Source of the DNA: Leucoraja ocellata
Lineage: Eukaryota
Assembly: GCA_036785375.1 (NCBI GenBank)
Contig: JAWMAR010000094.1
Coordinates: 1,364,001 to 1,428,000, forward strand
Length of the DNA stretch: 64,000 nucleotides
Direction: 5' to 3'
Shown: positions 1-13,999 of the stretch, in pieces
Layout of the letters: each line of letters opens with the position of its first letter
How positions within the stretch are numbered: position 1 is the first letter of the stretch
The notes under the pieces: generated by a model
What the model was told of the DNA's origin: nothing
Database searches by the model: none
What the model saw: only the letters and a program-made list of their open reading frames with translations
Translations under genes and position numbers: made by a program

Positions 1-639
1 CTTTGGTTGCTGTTTGAGTTATAGATTAAGCATTTTTTTCCTTTTAGCTGTTAAATTTTTGTTTGTCAGTTGTTAGTCTGTGAATTAGTAATGTTAGTTA
101 TAAAGCTAACGTACAGTTAAATACCTCATAGTTTGCTTCAGAATTGCTTGTAAACCTGGCTTCTTTTCAATCTTTTTAGCATAATATTAAGTGACCATTT
201 GCAGGCCATTTAATTAACAACTGCTTGTATATGCATATGATTTTATATTCTCAATTAGTCTCACAGTTTCAAGAATAATTTCTGTTCATGGTTTTGAAGA
301 AAAATAATAAGGCTATTTTAATTAAATGCCCTTGTGACTTTATTTGGGTTTTTAAATAAGAGGTACTTAATGACTAAGTTAAAAGCTGGATGTCAAGAAG
401 CATTTATCCTCAAACAGCCCCATCAATTGGATTTGGTTCCACTATGTCTTCATTCATAAACAAAATCGGGTTTTGCTGGAAATACGGATATACAGAGTCT
501 TCAGCTTGGTTTACCTCACTTGGCTTGTTGTGTAGTGCTGTAAGTGGGTGAGATATCCTTCAGCTGAGACGGGTAAGGGAATTTATTGCTCCTAATTAAA
601 ACACTTTCTAATATGACATACAACATGTAAAGGTTGAAG

Positions 640-1540
640 TTCCATGGTTTTGAGTGAGGATTTTTAAGTTGCTGGCGCAATGCTAGACATCATTCAAAAT
701 GAGGCTGAACAAGGGAATGAATTGTCAGTGGGAGAACACTTTGGGGATAGTGACAATAACTGGGTAAGTTTTAAAGTAATTATGGATAAGGATAGTTCAG
801 AGATCAAACGTCTGGGGAAGGATGATTTCAATATTGTGAGACAGGATCTGGCAAATGTAGATTGGAAACGGTGAAGAAGGTCATTCTACATTTTGGTAAA
901 GAAAGAGTTTGGAGCCAAAGTGAAGGTGAAGGGCAAGGATAAAAACTCCATGGAAAGCTGGATTAGAAAAGGTAGAGGGTTTAATGAAGGGAGAAAAGGC
1001 ATACTGTAGGTATGGAGGACCCTTTGGTTCCATAGAGTGTGCTGGAGATGCTTAAAGAAATAAGAAGAGCAAAGAGATGCTAAAAAGGCACAGATAGATC
1101 AGGTGTGGATTTGGTGGAACATCGTTTCTGGCTAATTTAGAGTTTTTTGAAGATGTGAATTAATATTGATAAAGGCAGTGTAGCTGACTTCAGAAAGATC
1201 TTTGAAACGGTCCCATGTGGAAAGCAGGTCCACAGAGCCTAAGTGATCAAGGCAAGTTAGCAAATTGGATCCTAAATTGATAACTGGAGATGGGATGTAA
1301 TGGTGGAGGGTTGCTCTCTAGCCTGTGACTAGATAGGCTGTAGGGATCAGTGCTGGGATCCTTTCCTGCTTCTTATATACATTAGTGACTTTGAATGTTG
1401 GAGATATGATTATTAAGTTTACAGATTATGTGAAAATTGGTCATGGTGTTGTAAGTAAGGGTAGTCATGGGCTACAGAATTATATTGATTAGTTGGTAGC
1501 TTAGACGGGGCAATGGCAAGGTAAATTGGGCAAAGTGAAC
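640..1540 (+). mobile_element. old, highly degraded CR1-type LINE fragment
   Basis: VGEHFGDSDNN remnant (ORF 680..874) and decayed RT motifs (gggatcagtgctgggatc = QGSVLG-like, aagtttacagat = KFAD-like). Confidence 0.7.
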
Positions 1541-1541
1541 A

Positions 1542-3195
1542 TCCATAATGTTTGGGACAAAGACCCATCATTTATTTATCTGCCTCTGTACTCTACAAAT
1601 TGAGATTTATAATAGAAAAAAATCATATGTGGTTAAATTGCACATTATCAGAATTTAATAAAGGCCACTTTTTTTACATTTTGGTTTCACCATGAGGAAA
1701 TTATAGCAGTGTTTATACATAGTCCTCCCATATCAGGGCACCATAATGTTTGGGACACATGGCTTCACAGGCATTTGTAATTGTTCAGGTATGTTTAATT
1801 GCCTCCTTAATACAGGTATAAGAGAGCTCTCAGTACCTAGTCTTTCCTCCAGTCTTTCCATCACCTTTGGAAACTTTTATTGCTGTTTATTAACATGAGG
1901 ACCAAACTTGTGCCAATGAAAGTCAAAGAGCCATTATGAGACTGAGAAAAGAAACAAGAAAAAAACTGTTAGAGACATTAGCCAAACCTCAGGCTTACTA
2001 AAATCAACTGTTTGGAACATCATTAAGAAGAAAGAGAGCACTGGTGAGCTTACTAATATCGCAAAGAGACTGGCAGGCCAAGGAAGACCTCCACAGCTGA
2101 TGACAGAAGAATTATCTCTATAATAAAGAAAAATCTCCAAACACCTGTCCGAAGATCAGAAATACTCTTCAGGAGTCAGGTGGGGAGTTGTCAATGACCA
2201 CTGTCCGCAGAAGACTTCATGAACAGAAATACAGAGGCTACACTGCAAGATGCAAACCACTGGTTAGCCGCAAAAATAGGATGGCCAGCTAACAGTTTGC
2301 CAAGAAGTATTTAAAGGAGCAACCGCAGTTCTGGAAAAAGATCTTATGGACAGATGAGACTAAGATTAACTTATATCAGAGTGATGGCAAGGGCAAAGTG
2401 TTGATGAGAGAAAGAACTGCCCATGATCCAAAGTATATCACCTCATCTGTGAAACACGGTGGTGGGGGTGTTATGGCCTGGGCATGTAAGGCTGCTGAAG
2501 GTACTGGCTCACTTGACTTCATTGATGATACAACTGCTGATGGTAGTAGCATAATTAATTCTGAAGTGTATAGACTACATAATGAATTCTGAAGTGAACA
2601 TCCCATCTGCTCGAGTTCAAACAAATGCCTCAAAACTCATTGGTCGGTGGTTCGTTCTACATCAAGACAATGATCCCAAACATACTACTAAAATAAACAA
2701 AGGAGTTTTTCAAAGCTTAATAAAATTGCCAATTCTTGAGTGGCCAAGTCATTCACCTGATCTGAACCCAATTGAGCATGTCTTTTATATGCTGAAGAGA
2801 AAGCGGAAGGGGACTAGCCCCCAAACAAGCATAAGCTAAAGATGGCTGCAATACAGGCCTGGCAGGGCATCACCAGAGAAGTCACCCAGCAACTGTGAAT
2901 CGCGGACTTCAAGCAGTCATTGCATGCAAATGGTATGCAACAAAATACTAAATATTTTCATTTACATGACATTGCTATGTCCCAAACGTTGTTTCCCTGA
3001 AATGGGAGGCTATGTATAAACACTACTGTCATTTCTATATGATGAAACCAAATGTGTAAAAATGGCCTTTATTAAAATCTGCCAATGTGCACTTTAACCA
3101 CTCGTAATTTTTTCTATTACAAATCTCAAATTGTGGAGTACAGAGGCAAATAATTAAATAAAGGGCCTTTGACCCAAACATTATGGAGCGCACAG
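1542..3195 (+). mobile_element. Tc1-family DNA transposon, near full length, inactive (copy 1)
   Basis: Long terminal inverted repeats (tccataatgtttgggaca... / ...cccaaacattatgga) ending cacag|TA, with the first few left-end bases missing; frameshifted transposase with WTDETK, VKHGGGGVMAW, QDNDPKH and SPDLNPIEH motifs. Confidence 0.93.
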
Positions 3196-3207
3196 TAATT
3201 CAAATTA

Positions 3208-3678
3208 CTGTGAAGTGATATAATTTGGTAGTTCTAATATAGGTAAGATATATATGATGAGCATTGAGGTATGTTGGGCCCAGAGTGGGATGAGCGGCCT
3301 GTAAGGAGGAGCTGGTGAGCCCCCATCTCCCCCACCCATGGTCACGCTCAGCGGCAGGCCTGACTTACTGCCGCAAAGAATGACGTAGTGGGCCATGACC
3401 TGCCGGGGGAAAGCTCGGAAGCAGCTGAGCTCAACCCGGAAGACGAGGAGGGAGCCGGTGGAGATGACAGACGCGAAGAGTGGGCCAGTAGGAGACGGAC
3501 CAGGGAATTGCCTCAATGCCTTCAAAGTTGGCCGCAGGACACAGTCAGTCAGTCGGCCAGGCGAGGAGAGAGAAGCTGGTTTGTGGGCCGAGCAGTAGAG
3601 AGTAACCTGGATCGGAGCAAAGCTCCAGTACATCGGCCACATGCATGGACAAGACTTCGGATTGGTCAGACATGGCGC
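3208..3678. mobile_element. unclassified GC-rich insertion, possibly an LTR (TGT...ACA) plus a PBS-like TGGCGC
   Basis: Sharp GC/CpG rise; flanked by CAAATTA direct repeats (3201-3207, 3679-3685); TGT at 3209, ACA at 3670-3672, then TGGCGCC. Confidence 0.4.
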
Positions 3679-3689
3679 CAAATTATAAG

Positions 3690-3865
3690 GTCATGAGGTC
3701 AAAAGGAATAGGAGTTGAATTGGACCATTCGGCCCATCAAGTTACTCTGCCATTCAATCATGGCTGATCTATCTCTCCCTCCTAACCCCATTCTCCTGCC
3801 TTCTCCCCATAACTTCTGACACCTGTACTAATTAAGAATCTATCTCTGCCTTAGACATATCCACT
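3690..3865 (-). mobile_element. CR1-type LINE 3' end fragment
   Basis: ccattcggcccatcaag...ccattcaatcatggctgatct...ccccataac, the same 3'UTR as at 4210-4400, 44335-44455 and 58685-58830. Confidence 0.8.
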
Positions 3866-4204
3866 GAATAATATCCATTATGGTGACGTGTTTATGTGAT
3901 CTATGCAAAAATAATTTCACTGTGTAGTGCACATATGACAATAAAGCACCATTGAATGGAGGCAGGTACTCATTGTACGAATTGTTGTGATGAGTGTGTG
4001 AGAACTGCAGACCAAGTGCTGGTAAATTGAAATAGTATAGATGGAATCTGTTGGTTGGCACGGATGTGGCGAGCTGAAGAACCTGTTTCTGTGCTGTTTG
4101 GAACTACAAAGCCGTTTAACCTGCGGACCAATCTAGACAGTTTACAAATTTGTGGCATATTAAGTTTGTTTAAATTCTGACATACTGTTATTTTTAATTA
4201 ATTT

Positions 4205-4670
4205 AAATCATAAGATTATAAGTGAGGGGAATGATATTAGGCCATTCGGTCCATCAAGTCTACTCTGCCATTCAATCATGGCTGATCTATCTCTCCCTCC
4301 TAACCCCATTTCCATGACCTCTCCCCATAACCTCTGATACCCGTACTAATCAAGAATCTCTATCTCTGCCTTAAATATGTCCACTGACTTTGCCTCCACA
4401 GTCTGTGGCAAATAATTATACAGATTCACCACCCTCTGACTAAAGAAATTCCTCCTCATCTTCCTAAAAGAATGTCCTTTAATTCTGAGGCCATGACCTC
4501 TAGTCCTAGACATTCCATCCAGTGGAAACATCCTCTCCACATCCACTCTATCCAAACCTTTCACTATTCTGTATGTTTCAATGAGGTTCCCCTTCATTCT
4601 TCCAAATTTCAGAGAATACAGGCCCAGTACTATCAAACGCTCATTGTATGTTAACCTACTAATTCCTGGA
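4205..4670 (-). mobile_element. CR1-type LINE 3' fragment
   Basis: ORF 4346..4696 (LGLYSL..GNLIETYRIVKGLDRVD..RTRGH..FFSQRVVN) is the CR1 ORF2 C-terminus, followed by 3'UTR. Confidence 0.9.
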
Positions 4671-5819
4671 CAATTTAGCACAATTATAACACACATGTTA
4701 TTTACTTCTACTTAAAGTCAGTACAGTTCAAATAATTGATGTCATATGATTTGCAAAAAAAATGATCCACAGATTTATTCAGGAAACTGTCTACAAAATT
4801 AATTTTATCAAAGCTGTTAGCGAATTCTTTTAATTTTTAGTGGGAAGTAGATGCAGGAGGTTTCTACCTCTATAGTACAGGCCCATTAATATTTGTATAG
4901 AAATTCATGAATCATTTATCAAGGTGAATAATTTAGAAGTATTTATCTTTCAACATTTGGCACTGTTTAATGTTAAATTTCCTCAATAATTGGAGTAAGT
5001 TTTTTGAGATGTTAATAATAGTAAATTGATTTGATGGCAAATTTGAAAAATCAGATCGTCAAAATTGTATTGGCTATTCAAATTGATGATCCTTGTGTCT
5101 CCAGTTACAAATTTCCCCTGAACTTTGAAATATGCCAACTGCAGCCTCTAGTTAGACTGCTAGTGGTATGATTGTACCACGGAATCTGAGTTTTGAAGAT
5201 TCAGTCGCAGATCATATCATGATATTTTGAGCCTATTTCTAGAATTTAACTGCTTAATATACAACAATATACCACCTTCATCTTTGGTTCCTAAGATAAG
5301 TTTGTCAGTGATCATTAATTGCAAGAATAATAGATAGTGTGAGCTTTATGCTTGGAGTTGTACAGTGGTGAGATCAATTTATTTTTAAAAGTGACTTGGT
5401 AATTGAAGTGACTTGGTAATTTTATTTTACTTGCAATCTAGAAGTATGTAACACTTTTTTTTAAAATTGTGATCTCAGTCATTGTGTCGATTTACCAGAA
5501 AACCTCAATTCTGGTACTAATGCTGGCAGCAAAGTAAAAGCAAAGTAATACCTTACCCAGAGTAGATTACATTCAAGGCTTGGATTTAGAATGGAGCACT
5601 GTGCCAAAGAGTCACTATAAATCTAAAGTTAAACATTAATCTGTGTCTTTATTAGCGCTGATTTGATGTAATGCTTCTTATGCATTTTTTCAGATTCAAA
5701 TTAATTTAATGTCAAATGCAAAACAGGAAAATGGTGCAGAGATTGCAATCGAATATGAAGTAGTGCAAAAATCATGCAATAGTGGAAGAACCAATTATGT
5801 AGAGTGAAGAGTGAGAGAG

Positions 5820-6235
5820 CATGGTAACCTGTTTTCTCTAGAACTTTGCAGGTTGAGGGGAGACCTGATGGATGCATATAAAATTATGTGAGAATAGATA
5901 CAGTTGGAACCTTTATTTCCCCCCCCCCCCCCACACCAAGGTGAAAATGTCAAATACTAGAAGGCATAGCTTTAAGGTCAGAGAGAAAGCTTAAAGGTGA
6001 TGTGCGAGGAAAGTTTTTTTTTACAGTGGGTGCCTGAATGGTGTATTGGGATGGTGGAGGAAGTTGATACAATAGTGGTGTGGAAAAGGCTTAAGAAAGG
6101 CACATGGATATACAGGGAATAGAGGAATATGGATCATGTGCAAGCAGAGGAAATTAGTTGAACTCGGGTATCGTGTTTGGCAGTGACATTGTGGGCCAAA
6201 GGGCCCTTTCTTGTGCTCTACTGTTCTGTTCCATG
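5820..6235 (+). mobile_element. degraded CR1-type LINE 3' fragment
   Basis: ttgaggggagacctgat...actagaaggcatagctttaagg... and tail gggccaaagggccc...ctgttc. Confidence 0.75.
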
Positions 6236-6254
6236 TATAGCATCTCTGGGAAGA

Positions 6255-6850
6255 AGATGTGATTAGTTCAGAAGTCTGATGACTGTAGGATAGAAACTGT
6301 TCTTAAGTCTCGATATCCAGGATTTCATTGTCCTATACTTTCCAGTGTGTGGAAGAGAGAAAGGGGAATACCCAGGGTGACGGGCATCCTTAACTACATT
6401 TCCAGCCTTCCTGATGCAATGCATCATGAAGATGGACTGGATGGAGGAAGTCATCACACTGTGATGGACTGGGCTGTTCTCGCAACCCTGCAGGACAAGT
6501 GGTCAAGAACAAAACAGTTGCCATCCTAGGCTGAGATGCATCCCATCAGAATACTTTGAATAATGCATCTATAGAGGTTCGGGAGAATCCTTATGGACCT
6601 GCTCCATTTTACAAGAGTAAATATGCTGCTGCACTTTTTTGATCACTAGATCAATGAAGGGAGGTGGTTAGTGGCTGTTGCCTCTGAACCTGAAGCTTTC
6701 GAGCACCTGTACAGCAGTTCCTTGATGACAGCTGGATTGTGTTTACCCTCCCTCACTTCCTTGGGTCAATAATCACTGTTTACGTGTTGCTGATGTTAGG
6801 TTGTGCTGACAGCATGATCTAAGCATGGTCTTCAGCGTGCCTTGCGCTGG
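6255..6850 (-). mobile_element. Rex1/Babar-type LINE fragment
   Basis: ORF 6263..6457 KDARHPGYSPFSLP..RLKNSFYPTVIRLLN is typical of the Rex1 ORF C-terminus. Confidence 0.75.
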
Positions 6851-7322
6851 TCAATTCTTTCAATTGCTGCCAACTGAAGAGCATTGATTTGCTGGAAATA
6901 AAATTACATATGCTGAAATTTGAAACAATAGAGAAAATGCAAGAAGATCTCGGTCAAGCAGCATCTGTTGGAAGAAAACTTTGAATGTTTTGAATCTGGG
7001 ACCCTTTCTCAACCGAGTTCCAGCATTTACTTTTGAATTGTGATGTAAAATAATGCATGAAAGGAACTCGTGCAACTAGACTTAAATGTGAAAGGGTTTT
7101 TAATGTTCTGAGCTAGGTCGATCACCAGGTGTGAGAACTTGTACAGATTCTTTGTGGACCAGCTGGTCAATAGGTGAGAAGCAATTTAATTGGGTTCTCC
7201 GAAAGCCTTAAATATTACAGCATTTTGTGGATGGGGGAAATGGCAAACGCAAATGGTTCACTGCATGCACAAGGTGGACTGGATGGGACCATTCTGCACT
7301 TGGATTTGACCTGCAGGCATAT

Positions 7323-7621
7323 GTTTAGACTTTAGAGATGCAGTATAGAAACAGGCCATTCGGCCCACCTAATCTGCGCCGACCAGTGATTACCCCGTAC
7401 ATTAACACTATTCTACACACTAAGGACAATTTAACCAAAGCCAATTGGCCAACAAACCTGTACTTTGGAGTGCGGAAGGAAACAGGAGCCCCCAGAGAAA
7501 ATCCACAAGGTCACAGGGAGAACGTACAAACTCCATATATGGACATCACTTGTAGTCGGGTTCGAACCTTGATCTCTGGCACTGCAAGGCAGCAGCTCTA
7601 CTGCTGCATCACTGTGCCGCC
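7323..7621 (-). mobile_element. tRNA-derived SINE with CR1-like tail (elasmobranch HE1/V-SINE-like)
   Basis: Reverse strand reads ggcggcacagtg..cagcagtagagctgctgcc..ggttcgaacc (A/B boxes) and ends ggcctgtttct..tctctaaa; homologous to 48611-48907. Confidence 0.85.
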
Positions 7622-8850
7622 CATGTTTATCATGGACTTGAAAGCTTGGCAGCCAAAGGAACAGATTACCTGATGAGCCACAGATTAGAATTCCAGAAAA
7701 CCAAAACTGAAGGTTATCAGGTTGGAGAAGATTAGAGATAAGGAGGAATAAAAGCATGAGATTTGAAAAAGAAAGTGCCAATTGGGACTCTTAATTGGCA
7801 GCAGTGGTATATCCTCAAGCACAGGAGTGATGGATTAATAACTCGTGGCACAAGTTTGGAGGTGCGCACCAAAGTTCTGACTAAATTAAGCGAGGCTGAC
7901 TCAATACATGGGTGAGGATTTTAGTAGCATGATGAAGCAAGGGTAGAGCCCGGTGATGGAAAATGAATGGGAACAGCAAAATGAATTATAGCACACGTGT
8001 AATCTGCATCTCAAGTTGGGTTCAAATATGGTTACGGTGATCAACTGTCTGGTTTGCATTCAGATAGTTACCTGGAAGAAGATTGGAGTTATTTAAAATA
8101 ACTCCAATCTTCTAAACCAGTATTTAGACACTTTTGCTCATCTTGAGTATAGGACATGCAATGTGATGTTTTAGAGAATGTTGAAGCATCAAAAGTGGTG
8201 ACATAAATATGTGCACTGTGGAACCCAATCCCTCTTCTCAGATTAGAAATAGGGCCAAAGATAAATCCTCGCTGTGGACTGTAGTGTTTTGCATTCTCAG
8301 GCTATGATTCGATGGATAGTTTTGGCAGGTTTGATCCTTTGCAAGTTCAACGTTCTTGCAACGTACAAGAGTAATTCAACAGCAAAGATTATATGACTGA
8401 ATTGCACGTTTCAAATATCGAAGTTTGTATTCTTCCATAATGAAGTAGAGAAATTTGGCTGCTTGACTTTGTGGGGGGAAAAAAACCCTGACTTTTGGTT
8501 AGCAGATTGATTATATAAATGCTTGCCTGTCTCTCACCAATCTAGAGGTCATTGCCATCCAGATGCATTGCACAGATGGGTACAGAATTTACTAAGTATT
8601 AAGCCATTGTGCACAGGTGCATGAACACAAACTAATATTGTTCTGTATTAAGCCTCAGTTTTGATAGTGAAGCTTGCAGACTTCAAGCTGTTTTGACATA
8701 ATTGAGTAATCTGTCCTTTTCAAAGGATTATAAACCAATAACCCATCAACTTTGATGCAAACTAAAATGTTATTTAAAGTTGTATTTGATTTGTAATTGG
8801 GACTGTATAGTGTAATATGAACACTAATTGCCTTTTCTGTTCTGTTTCAG

Positions 8851-8906
8851 GTGCTCTCTGCACTTGATATACTTCAACCTCCACACATTGACTACTTTGA
8901 AGAAAT
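8851..8906 (+). CDS. nlk: Nemo-like kinase internal exon (56 nt), VLSALDILQPPHIDYFEE(I)
   Basis: Preceded by polypyrimidine ttctgttctgtttcAG; translation matches vertebrate NLK; followed by U12-type donor GTATCCT; phase 2 joins the next exon (AT+C = Ile). Confidence 0.95.
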
Positions 8907-11900
8907 GTATCCTACCACTCAAATATAATATTTCTGAAGTTACTGCAACTGTCCATTTCTGTTCTTTGTGAAAATATAGTTTGAATTTTGATTGATTTTA
9001 TGAAGCTGCCTGTTTGAGTCATGGTGCAGAGAAAATACCTGTTCACTTCATCATGGCTGCCTCCTTCCTATACATTGATGTAGAATGTCTTTTCAAAGTT
9101 GTTTCTCCTCTGTAACCAAAGTTTATTTAAATGCTATTTTTTAGTGTGTATACTATAAAAAATGTGTCTTGGGTCAGTCTCAAGTGGCGGTCATTCTGTG
9201 AAGAGGTGAAAAGGAATTTCTTTGTTCAGAGGGCAGTGAATTTCTTGAAAGTTACTGCCGATGAAGAGCATGGAGGCTGTTCACCAAGTACATTCGCAGC
9301 AAATCAATACATTTTGAAGTATTCAGAAAATTGAGAAATTTGGTGTTTTTGCAGGAATATGTGCTGAGGCAAAAGATCAGTCACATCTTGTTTGTCAGAA
9401 AGGGCCAAATAGCTGCTGTCTTCTACTTGTATTAGTGAGAGAGTTCTGCAATATAGAAACTGGCTCTTTAGCTTATCGTCTCCGTATTGACCTTTTTGAT
9501 CCCCATCTACACTATTTGCATTTGTCTGCCTTGGGACCTTATACTTCTGTGCCTTGCCCATTTAAATATCTCAAACTAGGTGATTGGTGAAAGCTATACT
9601 AACTATCCCTGATCTGCCTCTGCCTTTCCAAAGGTATATAAAACCTTTCCTTTGGTATTTCATACCACTGATTTAAGTCTTACTGACCTGTAGTTATCTA
9701 CCATATCCTCCCTCAAAGGTAAAGGAACAACATTATCTATTTTGCAATCTTCTAGCGCCTTGCTTGTAACTAATTAGGTTGTTAAATAAAAAATCTGTCA
9801 AGGCCCCTGCTGTCTCCTTCCTTGGGTTCCATAGCAACATGGGATAGATCTCATCGAGTCCTGTGGATTTATTAACCCTCATGTATCACATGGTGTCTAA
9901 CTCCTGCACAAAACTGACCTCGAGATTAACTACATACCCATCACTAATTCATTGCTTTCCTTATGCTTAATTTAGGATCTTACCTACATTGTCCAGGTCC
10001 ACACTGGGATTACTTGTTTGTTCCCTAAGAGGTCCCACTCTTTCTCTGGGCACCCACTTGCTCCTGATAAACAAATAGTTCCATAATTTATATTGAGGGG
10101 GAAAAACAGCACAACACTTAACCAAATATGTAAAGTGATCAAAAGATTTTGAATTCAAGGAGATGATTGCAATCACTTGTAGAACCAAAACAGTGTGCAA
10201 CAGAAGAGCTTTGTGCAATATAACAGTGTGATGGTGGGGCTTTAGGCAATGATAGAACAACCATGAAACAGCAAAATGAAAAACTGGCTCCTTAAATGCA
10301 TAGCAGGTGTCATCTTGTCCTTATCCATTTACACCAATCAGTAGATTTTCTGCCCCTAGCAAATCCCTCGTCCCCTCAGTGCTGCGAGGTATTCGAACAA
10401 AGAAAAATATTGTAGTGCATAGGTAGCCAAAAGGGAAATCTCTTTCCAGCTTTGCAATAGCACGGGGACTTTGTACCCTCCTGTTTGTCTGATCTACTTT
10501 CTTATCATTGCTGCTTGCAGTCAAGTTTTCCTTTCCGCAACAAACCTGTTCCTTTATTTTTCATTCTTCCCACTTTGGTCCAGGTATATTATTTCTGAGC
10601 TCGATTCTTCATTCCCACTTTCAATTTAACGATTATTGCAGAAAAACACGCGTCAAATTTTCTACGTTAGCATCAAATTCCTTTCATACGACTGATGCTA
10701 GTGGCTTCCATGAGCATTGTTGGGGCTCCTCTTTGGAATTGATTGATCACTAGTGATATGGGTATCGATGGTAATTTACATTAGATTCTTCATTTCTTCA
10801 TAATTATAACTACCTGTTACAATTGTGTGCTTTGTATAGGTCTTAGTATTTGTAATTGGCAACCATTTAGTTAATAAATATTCTTTCATTTTGAGGTTTT
10901 TGATTTAGGTACTGCAAATGCCATGCCCGTGAAGTCTAATTTTTCTAATGAAACATTGTTTCATGCATTCTTCTGCAGATATGATAGTTTTCTGTTTATG
11001 CTGTTAGCAAACTGACTCGCTGCTTTGAACCATTTTGGTTCATATCTATTTCGATGGGGACTTGAAAATGATTGAGCACAATAATCTGTCTACAAAAGCC
11101 TTTAAAATTCAACGGATAAATGCATTGGGTGCCCTTTCAGCCACTGAAAACAAATTGCATTTAATCGAGTTTTGAGGGCATTGACTCAAAGTCTTGCCAT
11201 TTCCTATGAACAATTAGGCCATAATAGAATGCAGCTAATTTGGCCATGTATTTAAATGAGTGGCAGCTTGCAATAGAATTAACTTTTTTTTTTCGCGTAG
11301 TTAATACCATCTCTCTAAATTGTGAAATTATAAAGCTCTCAATACTATTTTTCCTGTTATGCCCTGATTTTGTTAAATGTGAATATGTAACTGCAGGTCA
11401 GTTCAGGAATCTATGAACATTTTTTCCTCTATTTGGCACCCCTCCTTCAAACTACTATGGCATTCTTTGTACATTGTGAACATGAAAATAATACCTAAAA
11501 TTATGAAAACATTGTCATGCGCAAAATGACATCCAAGTACAGTGAACAGTAAACCATCGATTACATTTCACATAGTTTTGCAAATATAAAAATGATAATC
11601 AAGGAATTAAAATTATTTGAGTAATACCGTGAAAGGGAAACAAAGTATTTATCAGTTTTCGGAGCATGGTATTGGTATTAAGACTGTTTTGCTTGTGAAA
11701 TACTTCCCCAGGGAAATTCAGTCAATCAGCCACACAACAACTGTACGTCTGATTAGTATTTGATTTTTTAAGTCTCTATTTTCCATATGGTGATAAATTT
11801 TCCTTAAACTGGTCAAGTGACTTAAGCAACTTTAACAGAAATAAAAACAACTTCAGAACATGGTGCCTCTTTAAATTTAATTTCTGAAAATTCTAAGTGA

Positions 11901-13450
11901 ATATATATTTTTTTTTTTTACAAAGCTGTTTTTCGGAAATAAATCTGTCAATTGTGGTGATGAATTTTTAGTTCAAATTTTCATGATCTCCAAGTATACT
12001 TTTGTATTGCCTAACTATGTGGTTAATTGATGAATGGATGCCCCCTAAAGGTTACATAAAGGGGCAGAACATGCACGGAATGTCATCAATTGAATTGATA
12101 TTGCTGGAAATGATAAACAGGGAAATTTTTCAAATGGAAATGCGATTCCAAAAAAAACGACAATATAACTAAGCATGTGCTAAAGGGCCATTGTGGATAT
12201 TAATAGCTTCCTGAGAATTATTAAAGTTATAACCACTCAATATGTGGCATATAGTTTAGAAACACTATTATTTTTTTCCCTGCTACAAATTTAATAGAAA
12301 TTTGTATTTGCCCTTGGAAATTAGATATCATAAGCTGGGCAAATTATTGCATGATAAAGTTATTTGAATCGACATATGGCATGATGGTATGATAGTTACT
12401 CCATTTCTTGCAAGTTTTTAAATGCATTTTAATTATTTTGGGTGGGGGAGGGTAAGAATTTATTTTTATCCTTCTTCCTCCCTCTTTGTTCTCTTTCCAT
12501 ATAATACGTGCCTTTTTCATACGAGATAGCCTCTGACTTTATCACTATGTTGCACTACACAGTTCATTGGTTTTGTTCCCAGTGGGGAAGAGAGGAAACT
12601 TAGTTTTAATTTGTCAACAGAACTGAGGTCAACCAAATATTGCTTTTATATTCCAATAATATGCACAATTGTAGCTGTGAAATTAATGTGAATAAACTAG
12701 TATTAAAAGTTAAATGTTTTGTTTTAAAACGAGACTGAAACTTTACAGTAAACTTTTTGAATGGTGGGAATGTTAAATTAACATTGTTGTGTATATAAAT
12801 TACAGTGGTTAACAAATATCATTACAGCGATATTACAAGTTTCTTCCTGTTGTCATCCTGCTTGCTTAGCATTATTATTTGTCGAAGAAGCCAAAAATTA
12901 CATTTGAAAAATGAAAATCTTGCAAGTGTATCAATTTTAAATGTCCCCTAATGCCACATTCTAATATACTCTTGCAGACTTTTCTGAACATTAAAGTTTA
13001 GCTTCATGCTGATAGTTAAATACATGTCAACACATTGCTGATCTAATTCAGTATGTCGGGCATCATCTCTGGAGGGATGGGCAGGTGACGTTTTGAGTCG
13101 CATCACTGTTAATAAGTAGTTTGTGAACATTAGAACATTTAGCAAAGGATTGATTTTTTTAACCTGGCCCCACAGCATCTCAAGGACTGTCTCCCTATAA
13201 TGACTGTATAATTGAAATAACAATAAGCAGCTACAATGCAGAGTGACATGGAGAGTGCTTAATTATAAATCCCCAAAATAACACCTTTGTGTATGCTTTA
13301 ATTTTTATAATCATTTTTATGAAGACTAGCATTGCACCATAAAATTCTGAAAGCATGTGTATATAACGGCATTATAACTTTTAAAATAATTGTGCACAAA
13401 CAATGAGAATGAAAAGAAAATCTTTTAAAAACATGACTTTTCTGCAGTTT

Positions 13451-13595
13451 GTTTAAGAAGGAACTGCAGATGCTGGGAAATTGAAGGTAGACAGAAAATG
13501 CTGGAGAAACTCAGCGGGTGAAGCAGCATCTATGGAGCAAAGGAAATGGGCAACGTTTCGGGCCAAACCCCTTCTTCAGAAAATGATAACGTCCA
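13451..13595 (-). mobile_element. Penelope-type terminal repeat with hammerhead-ribozyme core
   Basis: Reverse strand CTGAAGA-AGGGG..GCCC-GAAACGTT at 13551-13579; TTTTCTGCAGTTT direct repeats at 13438-13450 and 13596-13608. Confidence 0.75.
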
Positions 13596-13999
13596 TTTTC
13601 TGCAGTTTTACAGGTTGCTTCAATTTAAATAGCGAGTTGCAATTGTTGGTGAAAGATGCAAGAAATGGGTTAATTTGTTTAAAATTCCGGATGGAGTGTT
13701 GAGACTTTATAACGCTGCAGTCCTGATGCAACTAATTGTCAAGTTTTTAATTGCCTCATTTTTCTGCTTCACTCTTCTTTTGCCTATGTTTACTGCATTT
13801 GTGTATAGCTTTGGCATGGGTTTTCAACGTCATGTTTGATCCTTGAACAATCCATATCATCTGTACATTAATTTCACACAGCCGTAATTGATTTATTTCA
13901 AATCCACTGGTGTCATGTACCATCATAATTTCAAGGTTTTCCATAATTGTCCCTTCACAGTCCAATAATTAATCTTGAGTATCTCAACTTCAGATCTTC

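Noticed and set aside
3388-3696. Acidic 102-aa ORF as a host exon
   Set aside because: No similarity to NLK or any family I recognise; lies within a GC-rich insertion.
5389-5421. Short tandem duplications (AAGTGACTTGGTAATT x2; also ~36041-36069 and ~23787-23811)
   Set aside because: Ordinary slippage or repair micro-duplications.
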